25,399 nt of DNA, from positions 1 to 25,399 of the IMG/VR virus record IMGVR_UViG_3300017766_000636. One strand, 5' to 3'. Of this stretch, positions 8,836 to 17,070 are shown one piece after another. The translations under genes and the position numbers were made by a program. Origin of the DNA: a virus. Its lineage: Duplodnaviria > Caudoviricetes. The notes below the pieces were generated by a model. It saw nothing but the letters and a program-made list of their open reading frames with translations. It searched no databases and had not been told where the DNA came from. Position 1 is the first letter of the stretch; every line of letters starts with the position of its first letter.

Positions 8836-10868
8836 TGGCTAATGACGCGGGCAATTTTACAAGGGCACTGCTGGGTCAAGGTCTTGCTATGGGTTGGGGA
8901 GACGAAGCTGAGGCGTGGCTACGTGCTAAAGTTGGGGAAGACACGTATGAGAAAGAGCTTGAGAATATTAAACAAGACTACGCTAGATATTCTGCTGAGA
9001 ATCCGTTCATAGCCCCAGCATCTGAGTTCGCAGGCGGGGTGCTGCCAATGGTGGCCTCTTATATGGCGACTCCTTTCACGGGAGGCGCGGCGGCTCCAGC
9101 TGCGGTTGCTACAACCGCTAGGACAGCGGGCGCGCTAAAAACACTCGCCCAGAACCCTTACCTGCGCAGCATGGTTGTCGGGGGCGCAACTGGTACTGTT
9201 GCGGGAGCAGGTTCAAGTGATCCTGGCGAACGCTTAGAAGGCGCGGTTCCCGGCGCGGTCGTAGGGACAGTGCTCGGCGGGGCAACGCCAGTCGCTATGC
9301 GCGGCGTGGGCGCGGGGTACAACTGGCTGAAAGACCGTCTAAGCGGCTCGGTTCCCTACCTTGATAGGCGTGCAGCTAGGAAAGTTAACCAGGCGTTAAC
9401 GCGCTCGGAACTAACCCCTGCTGAAGCAGAAGCGCGTGTCGCCGCAGACAGAGGGATGGGTGTACCGTCTACCCTTGCCAACGTGTCTAAACCGACCGTA
9501 AGCCTAGGTGAAGTCGTTGCGGCAAAAGGAGAGGGCGCGGCAGACGTAATGGAAACAGGGCTAGAGAGAAACAGGGTCGGCCAGCGTGAGAGAGTGATGG
9601 GGCAAACCAAGCGGGGCACGGGAACGCAAGGGGACTTCTACGCTCAAGAGCAAGAAATGGTTCAGAACCTGCGTAGCAATGCAGATACTTTATACGATGA
9701 TGCGTACAGCTTCGGCACCGTTAACGACCCAACAATTAACCGCGTGCTGCAAAACCCGCAGTTTAAGACGTTTTTTGACGAAGCCAAAAAGATTGCTGAC
9801 AACGAAAAAGTTGCGGCTGAGTTACGGGGCGAAGACCCGAGCAAGTACGTCTTAGATGATATATTTATAGCTGATTCTGCGGGCAATATCACGCTAGCAA
9901 AATTGCCCGATGTACGCACTCTTGATTATATTAAGCGCGGCATGGACGCGGTAATAGACCGGGGCTACAGAGGCGAAGGCATGAGCAGCGCTGAAGCCAA
10001 CAGTCTGAAACAGTTGAAAAGATCGATGGTTGACGCATTAGACAGAGCAACCGAAGTGGACGGCGTGTCTGCTTACAGGACTGCGCGGCAGCAGTACGCT
10101 GGGGACGCAGAAGTGTTAGATGCACTGCGGATAGGCAGAGACGACTTTAAAGCACTAGATTCTGAGCAGATTACAAGTATGATGAAAGGGTTTAGCGCTG
10201 CAGAGCAAGATGCATTTAGAACCGGCGCTGTCCGTAATATATATTCAACGGTCATGGATCCAACCGCTAACATCAACGCCGCTCAACGCTTAATTGGTTC
10301 TCCGGAGATGCAAAGAAAGTTGATGCCGCTGTTCGGTAGTCCGGCTAAGTTTGATTTGTTCAAGGCCGCTATGGAGCGCGAAAGCCAGCTGTTCCAGCAG
10401 TCCAATAGGATTCTAGCCGGTTCCCCCACTGCGCGTAGAACCGCCGGAGTAGCCGCGTTTGACGAAGGCGAGGGGCTGGTCGGCGCGGCACTGAGCGACG
10501 CTATGACTACGGGCTGGGTTGGCTCTCTGACCAACATGGCGGCTAACCTGGTGTCTAAAGCCAGTATCAGCGACCAGGTTGCCGAGCGAGTCGCCAAGCT
10601 GCTGGTCTCAAGCGACCCGCACGAGGTTGCTGCAGCGGTGAGGTTCCTCGAGAAAGAAAGCGCTGGAGCCGCCACCGCTGCTGCTACGTTTAATCGGGCA
10701 GAAGCAGGTGCGGTTATGGGGCTGAACACCGCGTACCCTCCGTCTCCGATATACACCGGCGGCGAGCCGGCAGACATTGAAGCGGACTCTAGACGAGTGC
10801 CGGGAGACGTAATGGTAGGCCCAGACATTGAAGCTGACATTGCAAGGCAACGCGAAACGCTAAGATGA
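8835..10868 (+). CDS. Large internal virion / DNA-transfer protein (677 aa)
   Basis: GGAGG RBS and TAATG coupling. N-terminal GQGLAMGWGDEAEA..ENPFIAPASEFAGG followed by Ala/Gly-rich hydrophobic segments, typical of podovirus ejection proteins. Last gene of the + arm. Confidence 0.6.
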   Translation: MANDAGNFTRALLGQGLAMGWGDEAEAWLRAKVGEDTYEKELENIKQDYARYSAENPFIAPASEFAGGVLPMVASYMATPFTGGAAAPAAVATTARTAGALKTLAQNPYLRSMVVGGATGTVAGAGSSDPGERLEGAVPGAVVGTVLGGATPVAMRGVGAGYNWLKDRLSGSVPYLDRRAARKVNQALTRSELTPAEAEARVAADRGMGVPSTLANVSKPTVSLGEVVAAKGEGAADVMETGLERNRVGQRERVMGQTKRGTGTQGDFYAQEQEMVQNLRSNADTLYDDAYSFGTVNDPTINRVLQNPQFKTFFDEAKKIADNEKVAAELRGEDPSKYVLDDIFIADSAGNITLAKLPDVRTLDYIKRGMDAVIDRGYRGEGMSSAEANSLKQLKRSMVDALDRATEVDGVSAYRTARQQYAGDAEVLDALRIGRDDFKALDSEQITSMMKGFSAAEQDAFRTGAVRNIYSTVMDPTANINAAQRLIGSPEMQRKLMPLFGSPAKFDLFKAAMERESQLFQQSNRILAGSPTARRTAGVAAFDEGEGLVGAALSDAMTTGWVGSLTNMAANLVSKASISDQVAERVAKLLVSSDPHEVAAAVRFLEKESAGAATAAATFNRAEAGAVMGLNTAYPPSPIYTGGEPADIEADSRRVPGDVMVGPDIEADIARQRETLR

Positions 10869-10870
10869 GT

Positions 10871-10917
10871 ATTGGGTGGGCGGTAACCCGGCTTTATCGC
10901 TGCCCACCCAGTTGTTT
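10871..10917 (+). terminator. Hairpin after the structural operon, possible intrinsic terminator
   Basis: TGGGTGGGCGG (10873-10883) pairs with CTGCCCACCCA (10900-10910), followed by GTTGTTT (weak U-tract). The loop is large and can pair elsewhere (see findings). Confidence 0.5.
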
Positions 10918-10943
10918 AGAGATAAAGCCGGGGATGCTCATGT

Positions 10944-10991
10944 GGACGCATCAAAACAAACGCTGCGCTCAGTGCCTGTTTTGATACGCCC
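10944..10991 (-). terminator. Long hairpin at the 3' end of the minus-arm transcript
   Basis: Minus strand GGGCGTATCAAAACAGGCACTG-AGCG-CAGCGTTTGTTTTGATGCGTCC: 22-position stem with four G-U pairs and one A/C mismatch, 8 nt after the last stop codon. No U-tract. Confidence 0.5.
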
Positions 10992-10999
10992 CGCCGGTG

Positions 11000-11200
11000 T
11001 CATGAGTTTTCTCGCGCATTAATAGTTCGGTTGTAAAACGCAAGTAGCACTTCGGCCAGCTCATCGGTTTTAATTTCGCCGCCCTGTCTTCCGTTAATCT
11101 CTCCTAGCCAGACCGTGCCGGTGTTAGGTACGCGCCCCGGCGCAATAAACAAGCTGCCAATTTGAATATGCCATGGGCACTTCGCTTCAAAAAGTTCCAT
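11000..11200 (-). CDS. Hypothetical protein (66 aa)
   Basis: GGAG RBS before the ATG; overlaps the upstream gene end; last gene of the minus arm. Confidence 0.6.
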   Translation of the reverse strand: MELFEAKCPWHIQIGSLFIAPGRVPNTGTVWLGEINGRQGGEIKTDELAEVLLAFYNRTINARENS

Positions 11201-11429
11201 CGGTGTTCTCCAGTAGTTCTGCCGTTATTCTAGAAAAATCGTCTTCTGACATTTTATTTTCTAACCATTTAGCTCGATACCCTTTACGGTCGTAGATTTC
11301 AAACTCTACGTCAAACCACCCGCCGTAGTAATCCAAGTCACTAGCCCAGGTGGTGTAGTCAGGCTTTTGGTAGTACCCGCCAGTCATTTCTGCCTGACAC
11401 GGTATACCGCTCACATGTGTCTTAATCAT
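11187..11429 (-). CDS. Hypothetical phage protein (80 aa)
   Basis: GAGGT RBS, ATGA overlap with the resolvase gene; EIYDRKGYRAKWLENKM segment resembles a common small phage protein. Confidence 0.7.
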   Translation of the reverse strand: MIKTHVSGIPCQAEMTGGYYQKPDYTTWASDLDYYGGWFDVEFEIYDRKGYRAKWLENKMSEDDFSRITAELLENTDGTF

Positions 11430-11905
11430 TTATACCTCGTCTCGTAAAGCCAGCGAGCCATGAGCAGCGCCTCTGCTCGATCAGAATGTTTCTTCAGATT
11501 GAGCGGCGCTGTGGGGAACATGCGTATCGCAAGCGATCTGCTCTGCTCTTTGTCGTTAGTTAGTTTGAAGTGTTTTTTCCACTGCGCCGGGGTCATATAG
11601 ACAGTCTCAAACCGACAACCTGCAATTGAAGCCCGTGCAGAGCCGAAGCTGTCCCCCAGGCTAAAAATAGAAGAAGACCCCTGGCCGGGCATGGCGTTCA
11701 CCCGCTCAAGCGCAACGCATACCGCTTCCTCACCGGGAGCGTATCGCCTGAGCATGGTGATCAACCCGGCGGGGTCTACTTCGTTTTTTACAACTCCAGA
11801 ACCCCCTTTAATTACAATCGGCATATCTTCCACGGCTACAAAAACGCCGTCACGTAAAACGCCGATAGCGCCGCTTAACCCTGGGTCAATACCGATTGTA
11901 ATCAT
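11426..11905 (-). CDS. RuvC-like Holliday junction resolvase
   Basis: IGIDPGLSGA, ALERV and DRAEALLMA provide the RNase H-fold acidic residues of the RuvC family. Confidence 0.88.
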   Translation of the reverse strand: MITIGIDPGLSGAIGVLRDGVFVAVEDMPIVIKGGSGVVKNEVDPAGLITMLRRYAPGEEAVCVALERVNAMPGQGSSSIFSLGDSFGSARASIAGCRFETVYMTPAQWKKHFKLTNDKEQSRSLAIRMFPTAPLNLKKHSDRAEALLMARWLYETRYK

Positions 11906-12741
11906 AACGCCTCGTAATGTTCACAACCAGCTCGTTGAGCGTCTAAGCTGAGAGTTTCTTTGTTGAGTTCGCAAGTCCACGTTCCTGCCGGAGTAGGTGT
12001 GGCCATAGAGCAGGTGCGGCAGTGTCGCAAGGGTTCGGCCTCACGAACACAAACCGCCTTCATACTACAGAACTTACACCCAAAGCTGCTGCCGTCATCA
12101 CTAATACCGGCAGGGCGCAGACGCGCCTCAACCAGCTTAATGATTTTCTGCTTCAACTTTTCTTGCTCTTCTTTGTCTTCCTTGACGCGCTCAACGTAAA
12201 ACTGCTCGTCGTTCTTGCAGACAGCGACGTAAAGTGCACGGGTAAACTTGCCCAACGCCATACTGATCTGAACCTGGGCGTAGTGTAACGGTTTAGAGTC
12301 CTGGATACCTTTCTTTACGACCCCGCTAAAACTGTTCTGGTTGTGCGTTTTAACTTCAAGAACATGCGGAGTTTTTTCAGACTCTGGCACCCCTTTAACC
12401 ACCCCGTCCATCTTGGTGATAAAATGGCCGGTCTCGTCTATGAACTCAAACTGTTTACCATCTTCCTGCTTGTCCCAAACGGCCAATCCTGCGCGGCGCA
12501 GATCGGCTACAATCCGCTCCTCCTGCAAGTGCCCCGTCTCAAACAAGCGAAGCATACGTCCGCCAAAACCTTCGCGAGCGAACCCGCGCCAGTCAAGCCA
12601 AATCTGACGTATGCATTCTTCACCTATAAAAGACGAGCCAAGCCGCCCGAGGTAGAGGTCAGTTGAAGACTTCTCTTTCTCAATAGCCGAGTAGACCCGG
12701 TTAATGATATCCTGCTCTGGTTTAGGCGGTATGGCTACCAT
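11902..12741 (-). CDS. Cas4-like PD-(D/E)XK exonuclease
   Basis: LGSSFIGEEC..GHLQE..MDG..LEVKT..HYAQVQ plus C-terminal CKFC..C Fe-S-type cysteines and an extra CRTC..C..C cluster. Confidence 0.85.
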   Translation of the reverse strand: MVAIPPKPEQDIINRVYSAIEKEKSSTDLYLGRLGSSFIGEECIRQIWLDWRGFAREGFGGRMLRLFETGHLQEERIVADLRRAGLAVWDKQEDGKQFEFIDETGHFITKMDGVVKGVPESEKTPHVLEVKTHNQNSFSGVVKKGIQDSKPLHYAQVQISMALGKFTRALYVAVCKNDEQFYVERVKEDKEEQEKLKQKIIKLVEARLRPAGISDDGSSFGCKFCSMKAVCVREAEPLRHCRTCSMATPTPAGTWTCELNKETLSLDAQRAGCEHYEAL

Positions 12742-12744
12742 GAC

Positions 12745-13239
12745 TCAATCCCAAGGGTTAGCGGATTTGCCAGCGGCGGGAGCTGCCGGAGGTTTGGCCG
12801 GGGCTTTCGGCGCGGGCTTGGCCGGGGCTTCCTGATTGAACAAAAAGGCTTTAATGCGGTTGCTATCAGCGTAGCCGCCGGTGCCCTTCTCAATACTCAC
12901 CGCCGCGCTGAAAGGCTTGTCAAGCAGCCTGTCAGTGTCGTCCGCGTCAGGCTTGCCGCACGCCGTAGCCCACGCCACCATCTGCTGACGCCCTATACGC
13001 TGAGCTTTCTCGCTCGGGTTGTTGATGTTGAAGTTCTGCCAAATCCAACGACCAGCGAACTCACCCTTAACGACCTCGAACTTAACTTTTATGTAAGTTC
13101 CTGTCCCCGCAGCTGTGTCTTTTTCTTCAGCCTCAAGAGCCTTCAGCGTGTACTCGTCTTCAGGAATCGGATCATAAGAGCCGCCGGTTACACCTGTAGC
13201 GGGTTCTATGTCAGTTGTGTCAAATCCAAATTTAGCCAT
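12745..13239 (-). CDS. DUF669-type single-stranded DNA-binding protein
   Basis: YDPIPEDEY..GTYIKVKFEVVKGEFAGRWIWQNFN..NRIK core and a Pro/Ala-rich tail ending in PWD; lies next to the Sak4-like ATPase. Confidence 0.82.
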   Translation of the reverse strand: MAKFGFDTTDIEPATGVTGGSYDPIPEDEYTLKALEAEEKDTAAGTGTYIKVKFEVVKGEFAGRWIWQNFNINNPSEKAQRIGRQQMVAWATACGKPDADDTDRLLDKPFSAAVSIEKGTGGYADSNRIKAFLFNQEAPAKPAPKAPAKPPAAPAAGKSANPWD

Positions 13240-13254
13240 TCTATACTACTCCAG

Positions 13255-13995
13255 TTATTTAGCGATGGGGATTAATTTTTCGAGATTCTCAATTGTCATC
13301 TCGATCTCTTCCGGACAAGTGTAACGGTTCTTTGCAGCAAACGCAGGGTTCTCAATAAAGTGTAACAGGCGCTCGCCAGTGGTAACACCACGACTCTTTG
13401 TAGCGTTAAAGCCTGCGTCCGCTTTCTTTATGATCACTTTGAACGCAGCAAATGCCAATACATCGGCCCACTCTTGCAGGAGAGCGTTGCAGCGGTTAGG
13501 CAGCTTCGGCTGGTACCTGTCGTACGGCTCGGTGCGTGGGTCTTCGAACTTGACAACCGCTGCGTGCGCTATCAAAACGACGTTCATACCGCGCTTGTGA
13601 CGCAGCACGTCCAACCCCTGCAGTATCTCTCTAAACTCCTCTGCAACGAACATCTGAGACTTGCCGTAAGCTAGATCTTTAACGTCGTGAGACGCTTCAA
13701 CATTCGTTACTATTAGCGGCTCTATGAGCCAGTCAACAGAGTCAATGACCACGGTCTTGAACTTATGCTCCTCCTTTATGAGCGTTTTAATGTTCTCGAC
13801 CACGTCTTGAACTTTCGTTGCCCTTGGGAAACTGGTCACGTCTAGTGAGTCTATCCCGTCCTCAGTGCTGATAAAAATAGGCTCTGGGAACTTACTAGCC
13901 AGTGTGGACTTACCTATGCCGTGCCCTCCGTAAATACAAATACGCGGGGGTACAGTTTGTTTGCCTTTTTTCAAAGCGTCTTGCCAGTTTGACAT
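13255..13995 (-). CDS. Sak4-like (AAA_24) P-loop ATPase, ssDNA-annealing recombinase
   Basis: Walker A YGGHGIGKST, Walker B TVVIDSVDWL, LIAH and AKNR motifs. Confidence 0.88.
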   Translation of the reverse strand: MSNWQDALKKGKQTVPPRICIYGGHGIGKSTLASKFPEPIFISTEDGIDSLDVTSFPRATKVQDVVENIKTLIKEEHKFKTVVIDSVDWLIEPLIVTNVEASHDVKDLAYGKSQMFVAEEFREILQGLDVLRHKRGMNVVLIAHAAVVKFEDPRTEPYDRYQPKLPNRCNALLQEWADVLAFAAFKVIIKKADAGFNATKSRGVTTGERLLHFIENPAFAAKNRYTCPEEIEMTIENLEKLIPIAK

Positions 13996-14022
13996 TATAC
14001 TATCCTCTCTCAGTTATGGTGG

Positions 14023-14412
14023 TTAATCGTCTGCGTTTTCAAAATCATCTTCATCATCTTCATCATCTTCATCATCGTAGTTGGGACTCGCCCTACTAAA
14101 CTCCCACAGCTGGGGCTGATAAGAGAACGAGTTCCTGTCCCAGCTTAATACGTTGATACTGTGGTTATCCTCGCTGACAACAGACATACACACTGCGCAC
14201 AGCGTGGGATCCCCAATCATCAGCAAGTGGTCACCCGCTTGCCACTCAGCCATGACGCGCCGCGCCTTGGCCAACATGCTCGCCGTGTCGTACGGCTTGC
14301 GCGGATTACCGAAAACCGCCCGTAACGCGCCGTACTTCTTTGCGTCAGATAAGTCTTTGTTGTTGTCTACCTGTACTACGTAAACCGTGCGTTGGTTACC
14401 GTGTTCAATCAT
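14023..14412 (-). CDS. Conserved hypothetical phage protein with acidic tail (129 aa)
   Basis: TVYVVQ..AKKYG..DHLLMIGDP..LSWDR..Y pattern, an alpha/beta protein seen in phage replication modules; overlaps the polymerase stop by 8 bp. Confidence 0.75.
   Translation of the reverse strand: MIEHGNQRTVYVVQVDNNKDLSDAKKYGALRAVFGNPRKPYDTASMLAKARRVMAEWQAGDHLLMIGDPTLCAVCMSVVSEDNHSINVLSWDRNSFSYQPQLWEFSRASPNYDDEDDEDDEDDFENADD
14044..14076. repeat. 9-bp tandem repeat (ATCATCTTC, about 3.7 copies) encoding DDEDDEDDEDD
   Basis: atcatcttc atcatcttc atcatcttc atcatc. Confidence 0.9.
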
Positions 14413-16243
14413 TACGTTTCCTCAGTTTCTTAGGTGGTGGGGCTACAAGAGCCAGCTGCTCTGGGGTGAGGTACTGCGAGCAACCAACTGCCATCGCGAT
14501 CTTTATCGCTTCTCTAATGTACCAATCATAATCAAGATCTTCCGGGTGAGCCGTTTTATTAGCCAGCGTCATGCAGGCTTTCGCCCCCTCTGTTTTAGGG
14601 ACTTTATTACCGTTGGTAGCGTATCTAATAAACTCACCACCGAGTTCTGTTGACTGATACCAACGCACAACTTTCCCCAAATAGACCCCGAGCTGTTGAC
14701 CTCCGCCAGTTACGTTGCGAGCACTGATGAAGTCAACGAACGGGGCGTTCTTAATGGTGGTTTCAAGCGGTACACCGCTAGCCAGCCACGCTCCAACCGC
14801 ATCCGCAGCAACCTGCGCCGTCGGATTCTTCTTAAGAGAAAGCGGCGCATAAATGCCTTTCACTTTAAGAGTCCGATCCCACTTTACCGCAATGTAGTTG
14901 TTTACGTCTTTCATAGCGAGGGCGCGGTAATACGTATACTCAAACGCAAACCGAGACACTTCGCTGAACCTGCTGACTACTTTTTCAACCAACTCCTTCT
15001 GCTCTTTAGTGAAGCGGATAGCGATGCCGTCGGTGTTCGCCGATAGCGTCACAGCCCCAGCACGCTCAAGCCACTCTACCAGCATGAGTAGTGTAAACTG
15101 GCCGGTAAGCGTAACCGCCAACATCAAGTCCGGCGAATACAACACTGAGTAGCGGCTAGCCAACTTACCGAACGTGCCGTTGAGCGATATCTTAAGCGTA
15201 GCGTCGGTGGTCTTGTCACCACTACGCTTTGCTTCTAGGCGGCGTTCGTAAATCTTACGGTACTCTTCAACGAACCGACTGCCCAGGGCTGCGGGTACGA
15301 ACCCGCACTCCAATATGATACTTGGATAAAACGAGGCCGCGTCAACTTCACAGACCAAATCACCCCCAGCAACGTGGCAGACTTTTCTATCATGCACGCT
15401 ATGTATACCTCCCACGCCCAACTGGTACTCACCCGTTCCGAACGTAATCGTCCGCTGCCCGAGAAAGTCTGGTAACTGAACGTGGCCTGTAGCCTGGTTC
15501 ATGTTGAACACGTGCTTAGAGACGCGATCAAGCAGCCCCTGCAGCTTTGCGTCCCTGAACTTCAAAAATGCCGGAGGTGTGTACGTAACCGTCTTCGGCA
15601 CCTCATTTTCTCTACGCTTGAGACGCATGCTGGTGATGTACGCTTGTTCAGCCATCTGCGAGTCAGACTTGCTGCGCATGTCTGCTCCGTACCGGCGGCT
15701 CATCTCAACGCGCAGTAATAACTCACCCTCTAACTGATTCAGCAGCTCGACGGTGGTGTCTACGTCGTTGTGGCAGTACTCTAACAACATCGGTTCTTGC
15801 TCAGGGTTAATTAGTTCATCGTGCGCTATTGGCATGTCTTGCAACATAGGCATATGCATACGTGCTCCGTACGCCTTAAGGCCGACAAAAGAGGGCGCAA
15901 CTTCTATCAAGTCAATGTCATCCAGTATGACGTCACGCAAACTGTGCTTACGCATTGACACCCAAGGTGCGAGCCGGTTGGTGATGATGTCATCAGCAAT
16001 GCGCTTGATCTCTATCTCAGTTCTACCCAAACAGAACGCCGCCACAATCGCATTGTCAAACGACTTAGAATTAAAGCCGATCAACGTCGTGTCCGGTTTC
16101 TGCACGAATCGGGTAAGACGAGCAGGGGCGTCGTCAGCGTGACGCCACAGATCGAACCAGTCCCCGGTCTCTATGTTCTTTGCGCAGAACAGTGTACGGT
16201 TCGGCAGAGTCTCGGTATCAAACACCCACGTGCCCATGCTCAT
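14405..16243 (-). CDS. Compact family B DNA polymerase with 3'-5' exonuclease (612 aa)
   Basis: ExoI FDTET, ExoII GFNSKSFD, ExoIII YCHNDV; polymerase motif A VDAASFYPSII, motif B KISLNGTFGK, motif C SANTDGI. Confidence 0.93.
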   Translation of the reverse strand: MSMGTWVFDTETLPNRTLFCAKNIETGDWFDLWRHADDAPARLTRFVQKPDTTLIGFNSKSFDNAIVAAFCLGRTEIEIKRIADDIITNRLAPWVSMRKHSLRDVILDDIDLIEVAPSFVGLKAYGARMHMPMLQDMPIAHDELINPEQEPMLLEYCHNDVDTTVELLNQLEGELLLRVEMSRRYGADMRSKSDSQMAEQAYITSMRLKRRENEVPKTVTYTPPAFLKFRDAKLQGLLDRVSKHVFNMNQATGHVQLPDFLGQRTITFGTGEYQLGVGGIHSVHDRKVCHVAGGDLVCEVDAASFYPSIILECGFVPAALGSRFVEEYRKIYERRLEAKRSGDKTTDATLKISLNGTFGKLASRYSVLYSPDLMLAVTLTGQFTLLMLVEWLERAGAVTLSANTDGIAIRFTKEQKELVEKVVSRFSEVSRFAFEYTYYRALAMKDVNNYIAVKWDRTLKVKGIYAPLSLKKNPTAQVAADAVGAWLASGVPLETTIKNAPFVDFISARNVTGGGQQLGVYLGKVVRWYQSTELGGEFIRYATNGNKVPKTEGAKACMTLANKTAHPEDLDYDWYIREAIKIAMAVGCSQYLTPEQLALVAPPPKKLRKRND

Positions 16244-16244
16244 G

Positions 16245-16508
16245 TCAGCCTTGGTTCACATATCTGTGAGTAGGTTCGCACGCCTCATAAGCTTCAGCTT
16301 CACGCTGCTCTAGCTCTATCAGCTTCTCAAGATAGTGAACCGCTTTCTGCAGGTCTTCAATAGGTTTACCTTTCAAATAACACCGCTCAATGTACTTTGT
16401 TGCAGCAGCTTGAAAATAGTTCATGTTCAGACGAGCAACCCTATCCCAGTGTTCTTCGCCGCCGAGCTTGTAATGGTCGCCGCCGACTTGCTTATCGTTT
16501 GCGCTCAC
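16245..16508 (-). CDS. DUF3310 protein (T7 gp1.7-like putative nucleotide kinase)
   Basis: QVGGDHYK..KYIERC..KGKPIEDLQKAVHYLE signature. Confidence 0.8.
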   Translation of the reverse strand: MSANDKQVGGDHYKLGGEEHWDRVARLNMNYFQAAATKYIERCYLKGKPIEDLQKAVHYLEKLIELEQREAEAYEACEPTHRYVNQG

Positions 16509-16993
16509 TCTGCATACCCCTTTATCAAGTTGAAGATTTCACGTTCTTGGCAGACCAAGATCATCTCGTCGGCATAACTCAAATAGCGGTCAAAAACGCG
16601 GCGCATGCCTTTGTTCCCCAGGGAGATCTCCCGCGCACAAAACAACGCCCCGTGGGCAACGTCGGACAGTTTTAAAGTGCGCTTATCTTCAGGGGTCAGG
16701 TCTGGCATTATTATGCCGACAGCGGCCATGAGGCGTATTTCAAGTTCGTCCACCTTGCCGCCGATACCAAACTCGCGTTTAGCCGGGGAGGGGATGTCGC
16801 CAGTTTGGTGTTCAGCCAAGTCGTGAAACAACGCAGCCAGCAGCAGCTGACGACTAGCCTGGGGGTTAAACAGGAGGCACAGCATAGCTACGCCGTGAGA
16901 GTGGTGGCCCACAGTTTCAGACACGAGGGTAGTCACGGTATGGTACCGTTTTACATCGCTTCCGGCCAGAATAAAATCAAGAGTCTGTTTCAT
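16505..16993 (-). CDS. HD-domain 5'-deoxynucleotidase (YfbR-like)
   Basis: VKRYH..ETVGHHS..LFHDLAE..GDIPSPAK..KLSD. Start moved to the ATG at 16993, with GGAG 7 nt upstream. Confidence 0.87.
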   Translation of the reverse strand: MKQTLDFILAGSDVKRYHTVTTLVSETVGHHSHGVAMLCLLFNPQASRQLLLAALFHDLAEHQTGDIPSPAKREFGIGGKVDELEIRLMAAVGIIMPDLTPEDKRTLKLSDVAHGALFCAREISLGNKGMRRVFDRYLSYADEMILVCQEREIFNLIKGYAE

Positions 16994-17024
16994 CAAAGTT
17001 CTCCAGTTAGCAGTTATAGTAAAA

Positions 17025-17070
17025 ATTATAGCTCAATTTTTTCACAGAAGGCAACTTGTTTTTTCCGGTT
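17025..17070 (-). promoter_or_regulatory. Sigma70-like promoter P1, embedded in the 3' end of the hydroxymethylase gene
   Basis: Minus strand TTGCCT (17054-17049), 18-nt spacer, TATAAT (17030-17025), with an A-tract upstream; same hexamers as P2 and P3. Confidence 0.75.

Noticed and set aside
10869-10999. tRNA or attachment site in the convergent intergenic region
   Set aside because: No cloverleaf, T-loop GTTCGA or integrase is visible.
11902-12741. Cas4-like nuclease as evidence for a CRISPR-Cas system
   Set aside because: No cas1/cas2 or array; it sits in a standard phage Sak4/SSB/exonuclease module.
16505-16993. HD protein as DatZ of a 2-aminoadenine (Z-genome) pathway
   Set aside because: No PurZ or MazZ gene in the window; the neighbours all belong to the 5-hmdU pathway.
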